Source: Ruditapes philippinarum (Eukaryota). From it: a stretch of 64,000 bases of DNA. Where the stretch lies: positions 248,001-312,000 of the forward strand of contig NW_026858977.1 in assembly GCF_026571515.1 (NCBI RefSeq), read 5' to 3'. The notes beneath the pieces are model-generated. The model searched no databases, was not told where the DNA came from, and saw only the letters and a list, made by a program, of their open reading frames with translations. Below, piece by piece: positions 26,270 to 38,553 of this stretch. The position numbers and the translations under genes are program-made. Every line of letters starts with the position of its first letter. Positions within the stretch are counted from its first letter, which is position 1.

Positions 26270-26960
26270 CAAGGGAGCTTAACATAACCAATTTAAATAT
26301 TAGACATTTTCTTAATTATCATGACCAGTTACGTTACCATTTAGGGCAAAATAAATGCACAGACATTTTGGGTTTATATGAAACGTTTCTGTCCGAAGAA
26401 GTAAATGATAGTTATCTTAACATAAGTAATTTTAGTAGTGAAATGATAGACAGAAAAGGAAAAATTGCGATGGAATATAAGCCTATATCTTAAAGCCGTC
26501 CGGTAAGCTAAATAGGTAGAGCGTTGGACTGTGAATCGGGCGATTGTCTACGGTCATTTGCACTGTACCTCTGCTCTGGCATGTACAGAAGACTTCAGTT
26601 TCTTAAGAAAGTGAAGACAATTAGTTCTGGTAAACTGCTTGACAGCCTGATAAGGAATAATGCGGTGGCTGAACTGTGCTCTGATAAATTAAATGTGGCT
26701 TACTGTCGTGATCCGGAGTGAAAACTACCAACACCAACACCTATATCTTAAATAAAGTACCTTTTAAGCGTTTTGCTGATATTGAACACATGGATATTGA
26801 ATCTATCTGTATTCAGATAAAATATAAAAATTCTAAACCATTCTTAGAAATTTTTGTTTATAGGCCGCCGGATTGTAGTAAATTTTGAACAGTTACTAGA
26901 TAAAGTTAATCTTTCAAACCTTGAAACTCGTATTCTTGGAGGCTTTAAATTTAACTTCAT
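26270..26960 (+). mobile_element. Decayed LINE apurinic-endonuclease domain fragment, split by a SINE
   Basis: LNITNLNIR..DILGLYETFL..before the insertion; after it ..IESICIQIK..KPF..YRPP; these are APE-endonuclease motifs of CR1/L2-type LINEs. Confidence 0.7.
26495..26739 (+). mobile_element. tRNA-derived SINE with 13-bp target-site duplication
   Basis: TSD cctatatcttaaa at 26482-26494 and 26740-26752; tRNA-like head (gccg..aagct..ggtagagcgttggactgtgaatc); (ACCAAC)n tail. Confidence 0.8.
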
Positions 26961-27988
26961 ACCTATAAAATCAATTGTTCTAAGTGAGAGCATTTTACCT
27001 TATACCTACATGTAAGTAAACACCATAATGAATTTTGCATTTTTTCTTCTAAATATATTTATCCTTTTCAAAATGATTGTGATAGGCTTCGTGACCCCAA
27101 ATCACCTCATTCTATTTTATTATTTTATTTAAGTCGGTACATATTATAACTTCGTTCAGACAACAAACGTGAATTTTTCTTTAATGAGGTCAAGCATTTC
27201 TTCAGACATTCATGTTGTTTTGCGTTTGATGTTTTTATTCATTATGTCTGTTTATGGATACATGCTATCGTCCATGCCCTCTAGCACCGGCTTAATCAAA
27301 ACATGTAAAATATATGAACTCAAACAATATACCGAAAAACATATCTGGTTGTTTGCGGGCGGAAAAAAAGAAAAAGAAAAGGAGAATCTTAAAAATGGGA
27401 CTAAATTAACTATAAAGGATTGCAGTTGAGTAAGCTTTAATATTGTTAATATTGATAGCTTCAATATAAATCTATTTACAAATATCAGGCAATCTCTTTG
27501 TCCGGTGTCGTTCTGGTCTATGAAGATGATATGGCAGTCTGTAAATAAACATACGTAACAAAAGTGTTATGTAAAATGAAAAATAACAAATACAAATAAA
27601 TAAATTCGATACAATATCATTTGTCATTACCTAAACAATATATGTGATATTATAAAACAAATAATATCTAATTTTTGGTTGTCATGTTTTTACTTTTTTT
27701 AAAACTTGATGCGTTTAGAATGAGTTGATTATTTTTTCATATGAATGAATAAAAAATCAAAAGAATCAACCTAACTGGAAGTTGTTCTTTTAAATACAAC
27801 TGTCTGTGAAAACGATATAACAAAACAGTAGAAAAGTTAAACTTAGATAATGAAAGTATTTCACGAAGAGGAATTCTACACTAAATAACAAATAGCGTAC
27901 AGTTTTTATGAGTGGTTGCTAATATTATTTTGTCACTGCCGTTCAGTTTTTGTAATAATTCTAATACTGACTTCCTTAATCACTGAAC

Positions 27989-30084
27989 TCATCCGCTACC
28001 CCATTTACGGCGTCTCCATGTGCAACAAATCACAAGTTTACATCTCTTGCAAAGCTTACACTTTCCTATGTAAAACTTGTTTTTCGGGCATTTCCTCATA
28101 CATTTACACCTGTCATATCGCCAGTGAAAACCGCCGGTCCAGCCCCCGTGTCCGCCGCCAATACCTCCATATCCACCGGAACCACCGCTAACACCTCCGT
28201 ATCCCCCACCACCACCGCCAAAACCTCCATATCCGCCGCCAAAACCTCCATATCCGCCATATCCGCCGCCAAAACCTCCATATCCGCCGCCAAAACCGCC
28301 ATATCCGCCGCTAAAACCTCCATATCCACCGTATCCGCCGCCAATACCCCCATATCCCCCATCACCATCATATCCACCACCAAAGCCGTTGCCATATCCA
28401 CCGTCATATCCCCCGTAACCATATCCACTCATGTAGCCTCCATATCCGCCAAATCGACCCCCATAACGCCAAGGACCCCATGGATGTTTCTTGTGATGGT
28501 GCTTTTTCCGACGGCCTATAATGAAAATTGTAGTTAGTTTATAATATAAAATGAAAGAGACTTTGAAACATTTGTGAAAAAATTATTGTACATACATGTA
28601 TGCAGTGTGTTTTAATAATTCCTGCACACACTTTCTTTACTAGCAATGATTGTAAGCCTGATTAAATGCACTTTTGAAACACAACAAACAAAGATATTGT
28701 AGTGTAAATAATTGAAGCGGATTTTTCATATCTATATTTTTAATGTGTAAAAAGACAATTAAAAAAGAATATTTGGTAAAATGACATTAGGTTTCAAGGT
28801 AAATTAAGTGCGTAAAAATGTGTTTTAGACTAAAATGACAAATCAAAATAAAACGATATATTCCCATAAGAAATGTATGAGAGCAGAAAATATGTCTTAT
28901 AATTTTCGTAAACATGCACAGTTCAGATACTCAGAGAAACTGGTGCTATTTTTGCATACTCGTGATTAATTTTCAAGAAAATTGTACTGAACTGAAGACT
29001 AAAGAACGCGTACAGATTTTAAACATTTGATCGCAATACGGCGTCGCAAAAGCGAAACATTTTAAACATTTAATTGTTTTACGTGTCGCAAAAGTGGTAT
29101 ATTTTAAACATTTAATCACATTATTTCATTTAGCATGTTTCAACATATATTGATACTAAAGCGACTTTGCATACCTTGATTTTTGACTCAGACAATTCTG
29201 TTTAATGATATTTTAATTAAAACTTTGGTGATATGGTTCCAATATGAAGAATCTTATTAGATGCAAAGTTTCGTCTGGTTGACAACTCTATGGTTCGGAA
29301 CATATTTTACAGTTTGGCTTAATATTGGTTGAAGAACTTATTGTTATTGGGGTTGTTTAATCTCTTGCAGTTCTTTAATATTAACCAATAAAGCTAAATA
29401 CAAACAGATAAATATTGACAAATAAAGCATTTTACTCTTTATCAATTATCAACATCCAATCATTGCTTTTAAATTTTACCAAATGACTAAATATATTCAC
29501 ATATTTGGCGCTCTAACTGCAACGTCAAATCTAACAATAAAAAGTCGAATGAACTTAATATAATTTGGGTACATAATTAAAAGGTGATACGAAATTATAC
29601 TAAAACAATGCGGGATTTATTGAGACTTGGACACAGCTGCTCATCCAATATTGTGTGTCCACCTGTGTACTTGTCCAAATATATACATGTACAGATTAAT
29701 GTTAATTAACAGATAAACACTGACAAATTAATAGAGGACATTGAATCTGAGGCTCGCAATTTTTTTTTATTCAACTCGTTCGATAAAATCAGAATTGAAA
29801 CATCGCGAATATAATATATTTATCCCAAATCTTAACAGTAGAAACGCGTCGCCCATGTAGTGTAACCCTAACATCTAGCGCGTTTTGTTGACGCTAAATA
29901 CTGTTTACACGGAGTCGCCAAAGCGGTACATAAATGTGACAAAAATTAGTAGAAACAGTTATATATAAACAAATGAAACTTCTGCATACAGATTAACATT
30001 GATTAGAAGTCTATGAATAAACGTACCTTCTGTTGTGACTGCTGCCACCACAAGGATTAAGAGTACGGCTAACAACACCTTCAT
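27989..30084 (-). CDS. Gene A3: secreted Gly/Tyr/Phe-rich protein with C-terminal 8-Cys cationic domain, 194 aa; join(30027..30084, 27989..28515)
   Basis: Exon 1 MKVLLAVLLILVVAAVTTE-G|GTACGT; acceptor TATAG|GC; exon 2 GRRKKHHHKKHPWGPWRYGG..(GGFGGGY)n..RCKCMRKCPKNKFYIGKCKLCKRCKLVICCTWRRRKWGSG*; 58+527=585 nt; TATAAAA at 30144-30150. Confidence 0.92.
29730..29943. mobile_element. Degenerate copy of the 21561-21938 element family (A3 intron)
   Basis: Shares gaggctcgca..ttattcaactcg and, inverted, gcgactccgt..gtatt. Confidence 0.55.
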
Positions 30085-30634
30085 CCTGGCGTCACCAACG
30101 AAATTGGCTCGCTTCAACTCGTTCTTGTTACAGTATAGCCAACTTTTATACTAAACTAAGAACATAAAATGTGCATTAAAACAACATTTATATCTATAAA
30201 AATCTTTAATTTGCTAATGACTATATGCATCATTTTTATTGCAGATAATTAAACAATTGCTGTACTTCACTTTACGAAGTTTTTAGAAGAAAAACGACCT
30301 TGGTCATTCAGACTATTTTCTTCTTTGATAGAATAAAACATGTTTTGATAGGGATGTTTTGTTATTTGGGGATGTTGCACTTTTTCTTTATCCCTCATGT
30401 ACAGACTCACTCAAACCGAGTCTGCAATTTTCATGTAATTTTGCTGTTTTAATGCTTCCAAGGGATCACTTTTTTCCAGATATTGATAGGAGCAATTTAA
30501 GAGTAATATGTCATTCAAGCAATATCTCTAAACAATAAGGGCTTTATGTCGAATAGAGATAATATGAAATGTTAATTCACAAGTGAGAAACAAAAGCAAT
30601 TCTTGTAGAATGGGTGTTGACGCACAAAGAAATC

Positions 30635-31340
30635 TAGTGGGAAAGGTGGTAGAAGTGCAGCAAGTCTAGTAAAATGGTGGTAGGATTGTAACAAGTCTAG
30701 AAGGATAGTTGGAAGAAGTGCAGAAAGTCTAGCAGGGTAGATGGTAGTATTACAACAAGACTAGTAGGGTAGGTGGTTGACTTACAGCAAGTTTGGTAGG
30801 ATAGATGGTAAGAGAGCAGCAAGTCTAGTAGGATATGTGGTTGAAGTGCAGCACGTCTAGTATGATAGGTGATTAGAGTGCAACAGGTCTAGAGGGAAAG
30901 GTGGTTAGAGTGCAGTAATTCTAGTATAATAGTCGGTAGCAGTGCAACAATTTAATAAGTGGTTGTCGTGCAGAACGTTCAGTACGATGAGTCGGAGAGC
31001 AGTAAGTCTAGTAGGATGGACGATAGAAATACAACGAGGAAAGTCTAGTAGAATGAGTGGTAGAAATGCAGCAAATCTAGTAGGATAGGTGGTTGACTTG
31101 CAGAAAGCCAGTAGGATGGGTGTTAGAAGTGCATTTAGTCTAGTAGGATTGACAGTAGGAATACAGATAAACTAGCAGGATTGGTGGTAGGAGTGCAGCA
31201 AGTCTAGTAGGATGGACGGTAGGAATACAAAAATACTAGTAGGATGGGTACCTGAACTGCAGTAAGTCTAGTAAGCTGGTGGTAGGAGTGCAGGAAGTCT
31301 AGGACGGTAGGTTGTTGGTTTAAGTGCATCAAGTCAAGTC
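30635..31340. repeat. Degenerate ~31-bp minisatellite (aagtctagtaggataggtggtagaagtgcagc)
   Basis: Roughly 20 diverged tandem units. Confidence 0.85.
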
Positions 31341-31354
31341 AAGATAGTAAACAT

Positions 31355-31845
31355 ATTTCGCAGTAAGGATGAAGATATTCCGTAGGGAGGATATAGATAT
31401 TCAGCAGAAAGGAAATAGATATCCCACAGTGAGTATAGAAATATTCCGCAGTAAAAAAATAGATATTCCACAGTGAGGATATCGATTTTCTACAGTGAGA
31501 CCTTATATATTGTACATTAATGGTAAAGATATTTTACAGTGATTATATAGATATTCTACACTAAGGATATAGATATTCGCCGTGAGGAAATAGACATTCC
31601 ACAAAGAGGATATAGATATTCCGCAGTGAGGATATATATATTCAGCAGTGAGGATATAGATATTCGCAGTGAGGATATAGATATTCCGCAGTGAGGATAT
31701 AGATATTCGCAGTGAGGATATAGATATTCCACAATGAGGATATAGATATTCTTCATTGAGTAAATAGATATTCCTCATTGAGTAAATAGATATTCAGCAG
31801 TGAGGATATATACGAGTATATTCTACAATGGTGGTATAGATATTA
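31355..31845. repeat. 20-22-bp minisatellite (cagtgaggatatagatattccg)
   Basis: Roughly 20 tandem units; explains ORFs 31503-31778 and 31556-31756. Confidence 0.9.
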
Positions 31846-34786
31846 ATTGTCAGCATAATTCACAAATTAATGAATTAATGTCTACAATCAAGAGCAAAGA
31901 GATATGTTGTTTATCGTGGCATCTTCCCAGTATGGTTACAATTGCTACGTTCTTGTAATGTCATTGAACTTCTCATGAATATTTAATAAACAAAACAAAT
32001 CTAAATAAACAAATGAATTGCAGTTATAAAAGGATAAAAGGTGCAAATGAATAATGTTAATCATTTTCAATCAAACCTAATGAAGACGTATTTAACATAT
32101 TAATTGGTAATTAACGCAAAATAATCACAATTCTCTAAACAAAAAACAAACATGCGTTTGTTTTTATTGTTAACATAAGCAATATTCATCTGTGATTAAC
32201 TGAAAACTAAAAAAAATGTCTAAAGATTTATTGTTGAATTTAAACATTCTTGCATATGCTTACGGTTTTTTGTTGTTGTTTTTTTAGAATTGAGTTAAAA
32301 ATTCGATATTTTGTGCAATTCTGAGTTATTACTTTTAGATGCTGATCATTTTGCAAAATAAAAAAATGATAGTGCATGGTTTGAAATTTGCAAACAAGAT
32401 TTTGGTTAAGACCTATATCAAATGTTTTAAAGATTTCGAAAAATATCTTTCCAGGCCCGTGATGTTAAAATCTGCAGGGGACTTAGTTCCTTAATTCTGG
32501 AATAAAATAAATAAAACTAAAATTAGAAAAAGATTAGCTTATTAGTTTCTTTGATTCATAACATTTTAGAACATGTTTTTTAATAATGAATTAAATAGAC
32601 TCGTGTCATATACTAACTGCATTATTCATTTTCTTTATTTTACCCTTACATTGTTGAAATTGAAAGTAATTAGCTTTTACCCACAATATAATACCAGTAT
32701 AGATTCAGGCAACCCTGGATTTCTTATCAGGTTCTATACTTTTAATCACCCAATGTTTGTATTTGATATATACAGTAGTACCTAGCCTTTTCAATTTTAA
32801 CTCGTTACAAGGGGCATGCGACCTGACTACTTTCACAGGGTCGACCCGGGACGTAGTAGAAACGCCATGAACGCGGTAGGTTTGAGATGGAACTACTCAA
32901 GTCGCTATGTGGACCCCATCATTGCCTCAGGGCGACTATTTTGAACATGTACAAAAAATATCGCTGAGGATCGGCGTTTTCATGATCTAAAACGCCCAGG
33001 AATCCCATAGTCGCTGTAGAAACTCTGTGAACACACCAAGCACTTATTGTGAAAGTATTGTAGATGTCGCATAGTCGTCATATAAATGCGCAAAAATTGT
33101 TTGACGTGTAATTGGCGAATGGGCGATGACGACCCTGGGGCATTGAAATGCGACCAGGTAGTTCTTTGTATGCCTATGACGTTTCCTGGATGCTCTTGTT
33201 GTCGCCACATAACCGCCAGAGTCGTAGAACACATTCTAAGAACACATTAAAACTCCGTAAGGTCGCACATAATTAGAACAATGTATGAACGCCATACAAA
33301 CGCTGTACAAGCTCCACAAACGTACCGGAATCACAGAAAGAGGACGCCGGTTTGACGGCGAGCTGAAATTTGCAGTTTAATTAATAAACGACTTCGAGGT
33401 TCTTTGTGCGACTATGACGTTTTCCGAAACATAATTATAGGTTTATAAGCAAATTTGCGTATGTTTCAAAATTTAAAATAGTACAAGTTCATGTTAAATG
33501 TTGAATTCCGCTTAAGCCGGTGCTAGGGGTGTTGACGGTAGTTTGCCTTTGACAGTACCGTCCATGAACAGGCTCAATTAAGCCGAGCCTTCAACACGTA
33601 CGTATCTATGTTACCGCCGCAAACAGTTAACCTCGAGCTAGATAACCGACAGCCGGTGTAAGTTCTTAATAATATACAATCCAGTGGTGTTTCTTGTCTC
33701 TTTCAAGTCCGTGCAAGATTTACTATTTCTAAGCAAATTGTATACTATCAAATATAATATTATATAATATAATGTAGATTGTATGTGTTTGCAGTTACGT
33801 ACTTTATATATGCTTCTACTATGAGTGGCAGGAGTTTAACAAGTGTAATAAATGAAAATTGCTAAATCATATGGTCAATATATTTGTTATATATACATGT
33901 ATTGTGAGTACTTGTATGCATATATATTTGGCAACGGAAATTATGCTCTTCAGTATTGGAGGAGATAAAATAGTTCATTAATTTAAATGTTTTCTCCCTG
34001 AATTAAATTCGGAAACTCCACATATTCACATCTATTGGCTACATACACCTATGAGATGTTTTATGTTTAATAAAATTGCTGTTGTTTTTTAGAAACAATA
34101 CTTATCGTTTAGAAAGTAAGAAAACACATCTTTACTGCAGTATTTTAATGCGATAAAGCAAATTTAACAATAAGAATATATACATAATAAACAATTCCAA
34201 GCTGTTCCAACGTCATGTACTCCAGATGTTGTTAGACCCTGAAATTGAACGAAAAAATACACAATTAAAAAAATTAACATTTCATAAGTATAGGACTTAC
34301 ATCAAATAGTATAAAAACTCTTTTGGTTTCAATACAAGTTGCTGTCAATAATTTCATTAAGCTTTGAGAAATTAATGAATAAGTGAAATTTTACAAATAA
34401 AAAGTATAAATTAACAAGATAAATGTGCAGGGTGTCCGTTCTTGGGAACTTGTAGGCTAATATTGTTATTGATTGCAATCATTGTAAAAAGTAATCTGTT
34501 TTTTGAGGATATGTTTAACTTTGAACCACCTAGCCACAACTAAATCTTCACATGTTACAGGTACATACCTAGATCACCCGGCACATCTCCGTGCCTTCTA
34601 ATCATGGTCTGAACTGTTGTTTTTCTTATTAAGTCAGTACTTATCTTAAGTTTTTCCTAAAATGTTAAATGGTTTGGTTCAGATAAAAAGATGGAAAAGT
34701 CTATTTAAGATATTAACCGTGGTCAGGGTTGAATTGTATAGAATAGAGAATGCTCAAACATCATGATAATAGTGTTAATGTACCTC

Positions 34787-35935
34787 TTAATATCTACAAC
34801 ACCTAATACGACATCTCCATGCTGTTCTGCAGCATTTTCCCATATATCGTTCATTGCGGCGACAATGTTTCCTGCATTTACAGTACCTAGGTCGACCAAA
34901 CCCTCCATATCCCGGGTATCCGTAACCACCGTAGTCGCCACCGCCACCGCCCCCGCCTCCATACATGCCATCCATGCCCCCTCCCATTCCAGTTCCTGGC
35001 ATCGTTATCGGCATTGGGTAACCACTACCCATCCCGGGCATCATTCCTGGCATCATTGCTCCGCCCCCACCGCCTATTAATATTTTGAAAAGTTAAATTA
35101 AATACCATGTGTTCAGGTTACCGGCACAACATTAAATTATATTATTCATATCTCCTTCAAAACAATATTATAATTATTGTCAAAGAAAATTTACTATAGT
35201 TAATGTAATTTTTTTTTATCTGTAATGCAGAACGTTTCGTTACATAATAATAAAAATATATGCCTTTTGTAAAAAGATTGTGGCAACATTGAATTATTAT
35301 TAAAAAACTATTATAACGCATATAACTTAGAAACAAAATGGAGCATGAATTACCCGAATATAGAAACATACAGAAATGTTATAAATGGAGGAAAATTACC
35401 TGAATAATCATCATCATACGGCATGCCATACTGTGGAGTTCCTGAAACAATACAAGTATTAATGTTATTGTTAAGAAAGTATTAGGAGTCTTTATTGAAA
35501 ATACATTCAACTGGCATTTTCAATATATTTTTTGTCTTAAAATGCGTACATTCTTCCAATATTTTACTATCGTTGCACTTTGTTGGGTACAGATAATAAA
35601 TCTACATTAAAGAACACGTTTGACAAATTTATAATCGTATTGTAAAACTAATATTTATAAATCTTACTGTCGCCAAACACGGCTTTGTTCAAGTAACGTT
35701 ATTATGTAATTTTAATGAAAGCGCTGTATCCGTATACAAATCTTTGTACCATATTGCACTGCTTCGCGGCCCCCGTATAATATGCTTACATATTTACATA
35801 TTATGAACCTTATGAACATATTATAAACGTAAAACAATACTTTAAATCAAGAATATAAAAACAAACAAACAAACTCTTACCTAGGACTGCGGCTAGGCAG
35901 CCAACTATGCACAGAAAGATGAGAAGTGTATCCAT
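34787..35935 (-). CDS. Gene D1: secreted Gly/Met/Tyr-rich protein with acidic micro-exon and variant 8-Cys domain, 127 aa; join(35881..35935, 35400..35441, 34787..35073)
   Basis: Exon 1 MDTLLIFLCIVGCLAAVL-G|GTAAGA; 42-nt phase-1/1 exon TPQYGMPYDDDYS (CAG|..|GTAATT); exon 3 GGGGGAMMPGMMPG..YCKCRKHCRRNERYMGKCCRTAWRCRIRCCRY*; 55+42+287=384 nt; TATATAAA at 35992-35999; exons conserved in paralogue D2. Confidence 0.9.
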
Positions 35936-36444
35936 GTTACACGTCTGTATGGTGAGTGAACTGGTCATGCTCTAAAATCAGGGATATGTCCTTTATATAG
36001 GCTCTTCTAAGCCTATCAACTGTTGTTTTTGTTGTTGTTTTTTACTTAGATCGCCTGCAAAATTTCAACATGGTATGTAAATTGATTTTGATATGTGTAT
36101 CATTATAAATAAAAAACAACAAAGTAATAACTGCCAAAGCTTCTATCGAACTTATGACTTAAAGCATACCATAAAAAACGATGAACAATAGACATTGCAT
36201 TTTTTTTCTTAGAATATCATAATATATAGATTCTATTAGCATTCCCTTCGCTGTTTAATATGTTTAAATTGATTGAAAAACTATATGATATATAAGTTAT
36301 ATATTGATTGTTTTTTTTTCTTCGGCCGAATGCCGTCTGTTATCAGGTTGACTTCCTGCAAAATTAACAGTGAAGGATTGAATATAAGAAGAAAATGCAT
36401 TTGTCGTTTTAGAATAACAAACTGAAATCGGTGAATCTCATTGG

Positions 36445-36620
36445 TCATTCTAAAATAAAATGTAAAGGACAGTTCTAATCATTCTAAAATAAAATGTAAA
36501 GGATAGTTCTTACCATTTTATAGCTCTAAGATTAAATGTAAGGGATAGTTTTGCCTCTATTAAATGAAATGTTAAGGATAGTTCTAAAATTAAATGTACA
36601 GGGATAAGGATAGTTCTTTT
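36445..36620. repeat. Short ~33-bp degenerate tandem repeat
   Basis: ttctaaaataaaatgtaaaggatag repeated about 5 times. Confidence 0.7.
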
Positions 36621-38028
36621 ACTTTTATGTTAATTTGTAAATGATTACAAAATTGTTAATGTCAAACATAAAAGAAGTAAAAGGGACACCTTAAATTAAG
36701 TTGTCCTACTTTGAAAAAATATCAATATTAATATGCTATAATTTAATTTCAATGTTTATAAAATGGGAATTTTCTTAAATACAAGAAATAATTATCATGT
36801 CATTGTTATGCAAGCATTGCTGAAATTTCTCTTTGTATTGAAAACTTAGACATAACATAATTTTGCGTGTTAACCAGTATTACTTCGGTCGAGTATCTTT
36901 TTGAAAGATACTTCTTGTTTTTTGCTGTTTTTATTTATTTATTTATTTATTTATCTATTTATTAATTAATTTATTTTATTTTCTTTAACTTTCATTATTA
37001 TGTTTCTGTTGCATCAGTTTAATTCTTATTACAATTTCTTTCCCAAATGATCGCAATTAACAATTGTATGGGTCATTGACTTGTTTATTCTTCTTCGTTT
37101 TTTTATGTAATGACCTTCATCTCCCGTGCTAGCATGGTTGGGGTTGCTGTCTCCCAATTACCAACCCGACTCCCCATATTTGAACCGGATCTGCAATATT
37201 CAAGTATTTTTGTTGTAATTAATGCTTCCGAGGGATCATACTTTAGCGTACTGTATATTTTTGATCAATGTGGTATTGTGGTCTGACGATTTGACTGTAA
37301 TGGTTTTAGTCTCCAAACTAAATACTTCCTTCTTGTATTAACAAACTCAGTCAAACCAAGTACGAGATTATCATATACATTTGTTTATTTCCTTTGCTTT
37401 TTATTGGTCTTTAAAGTTCAATTATTTACAGAATTTTCAATGCATATAATGATTTTGTCTGATTAACTTCAATGTTTATTTTTAAGTACTTACATGTATA
37501 TACAATCATGTATCGTCTTTACATGTCTGCATTATTTGATGAAATCAAACACAGAAAAACATATATACAAGTGACGTAAACACTATTCACAATAGCACAG
37601 TCGGTTAAGTGAATGCCTGATAATTAAGAGGTCTGTGGTTCGATCCCTACTGTTGCCAATGTTTTAGGCCTACCCTTTCTTTATTTTTTTCAGGATATAT
37701 TAATGGAATCGATGTGTAGTGTGTTTTACGAGATTGAAATGACATTTATTGAGTTTAATCCGAATGAATTTTAAACATTTATTCTTAAACCATGTTATTT
37801 AAAAAGAGTATAGTCTTTCAAAATGAAGTAAAACACATTAAAACAAAACGAACAACAACAAAATCATATATAGCTTCAATAATGTTGAAAATATTAATAA
37901 GAAAAAAACATGGACCTACGCGGTTTTGAACTTAAAAAACGTACGGCACATATATTATAAACTCGTACTTTACCCCATTGCGCTATTACTCTCAATACAC
38001 TTATTTCTTTGATACAAATTAAATTAAA

Positions 38029-38553
38029 GACGTTTTCCGGAGTTTTCAAATAGACATATAGGCAAAATTAAAACTGTTCAATATAATTTCTTTAAACTTG
38101 GCATGTAGACATATAGGAAAATTAAAACTGTTCAATGGAATTTCTTAATTTTTCCCCACCTCTTCTCTTAACCTATGTATTTTTTCTTAAAAATTGGCCT
38201 ATTTTTTATGAATTCTAAGTACCTTTATTTTCGTTGAAAAAATAACAGAAACGATATAAGGAATTGCATGTAATTATGTATTGTATTCAACAATAAAAAG
38301 AAAAACAACATCCAGAAGTAAAAACAAGAATTCATTTACGTATGTATAAGTTATATGCCCTTTAAATGACCTCAAATAAGTAGAAAATTCTGATTCAGGG
38401 GCAGATAACTCAAAAACAAGAACGGTGACCATGATTTTGTTTTCGCTTAAATGTTTCTATTATCATATTCTAACAACATGTCAAGTTTAAAGAAATTCTA
38501 TAGAACAGTTTTAATGTTGCCTATATGTCTATATGAAAACTCCCGAAAACGTC
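38029..38553. mobile_element. MITE with ~75-bp imperfect terminal inverted repeats
   Basis: gacgttttccggagttttcaaatagacatataggcaaaattaaaactgttc.. / ..gaacagttttaatgttgcctatatgtctatatgaaaactcccgaaaacgtc; TTAA at the left flank (Kolobok-like, tentative). Confidence 0.7.

Noticed and set aside
28096-28537. Alternative-frame and antisense ORFs over the Gly-rich exons (also 11214-11537, 19449-19730, 34723-35080, 41484-42002, 42319-42655, 48913-49467, 55460-55858, 62717-63076), including the W/R-rich 'MALLWRW' frames
   Set aside because: Shadow ORFs: GGN-rich repeats lack stops in other frames; only the Gly frame splices in phase to the signal exon and carries the conserved Cys domain.
31355-31845. 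Possible CRISPR-like array
   Set aside because: Head-to-tail repeats with no unique spacers, in eukaryotic context; a minisatellite.
32830-33430. GC-richer segment with short ORFs, duplicated at 43075-43680
   Set aside because: Frames are not preserved between the two copies and no protein motif is recognisable; likely a transposon remnant carried by the segmental duplication.
37590-37658. tRNA-like sequence (tagcacagtcggttaag...ggttcgatccc..gcca)
   Set aside because: A/B-box-like motifs are present but the anticodon and T stems pair poorly; more likely a degenerate tRNA-derived repeat than a tRNA gene. tRNAscan-SE would decide.
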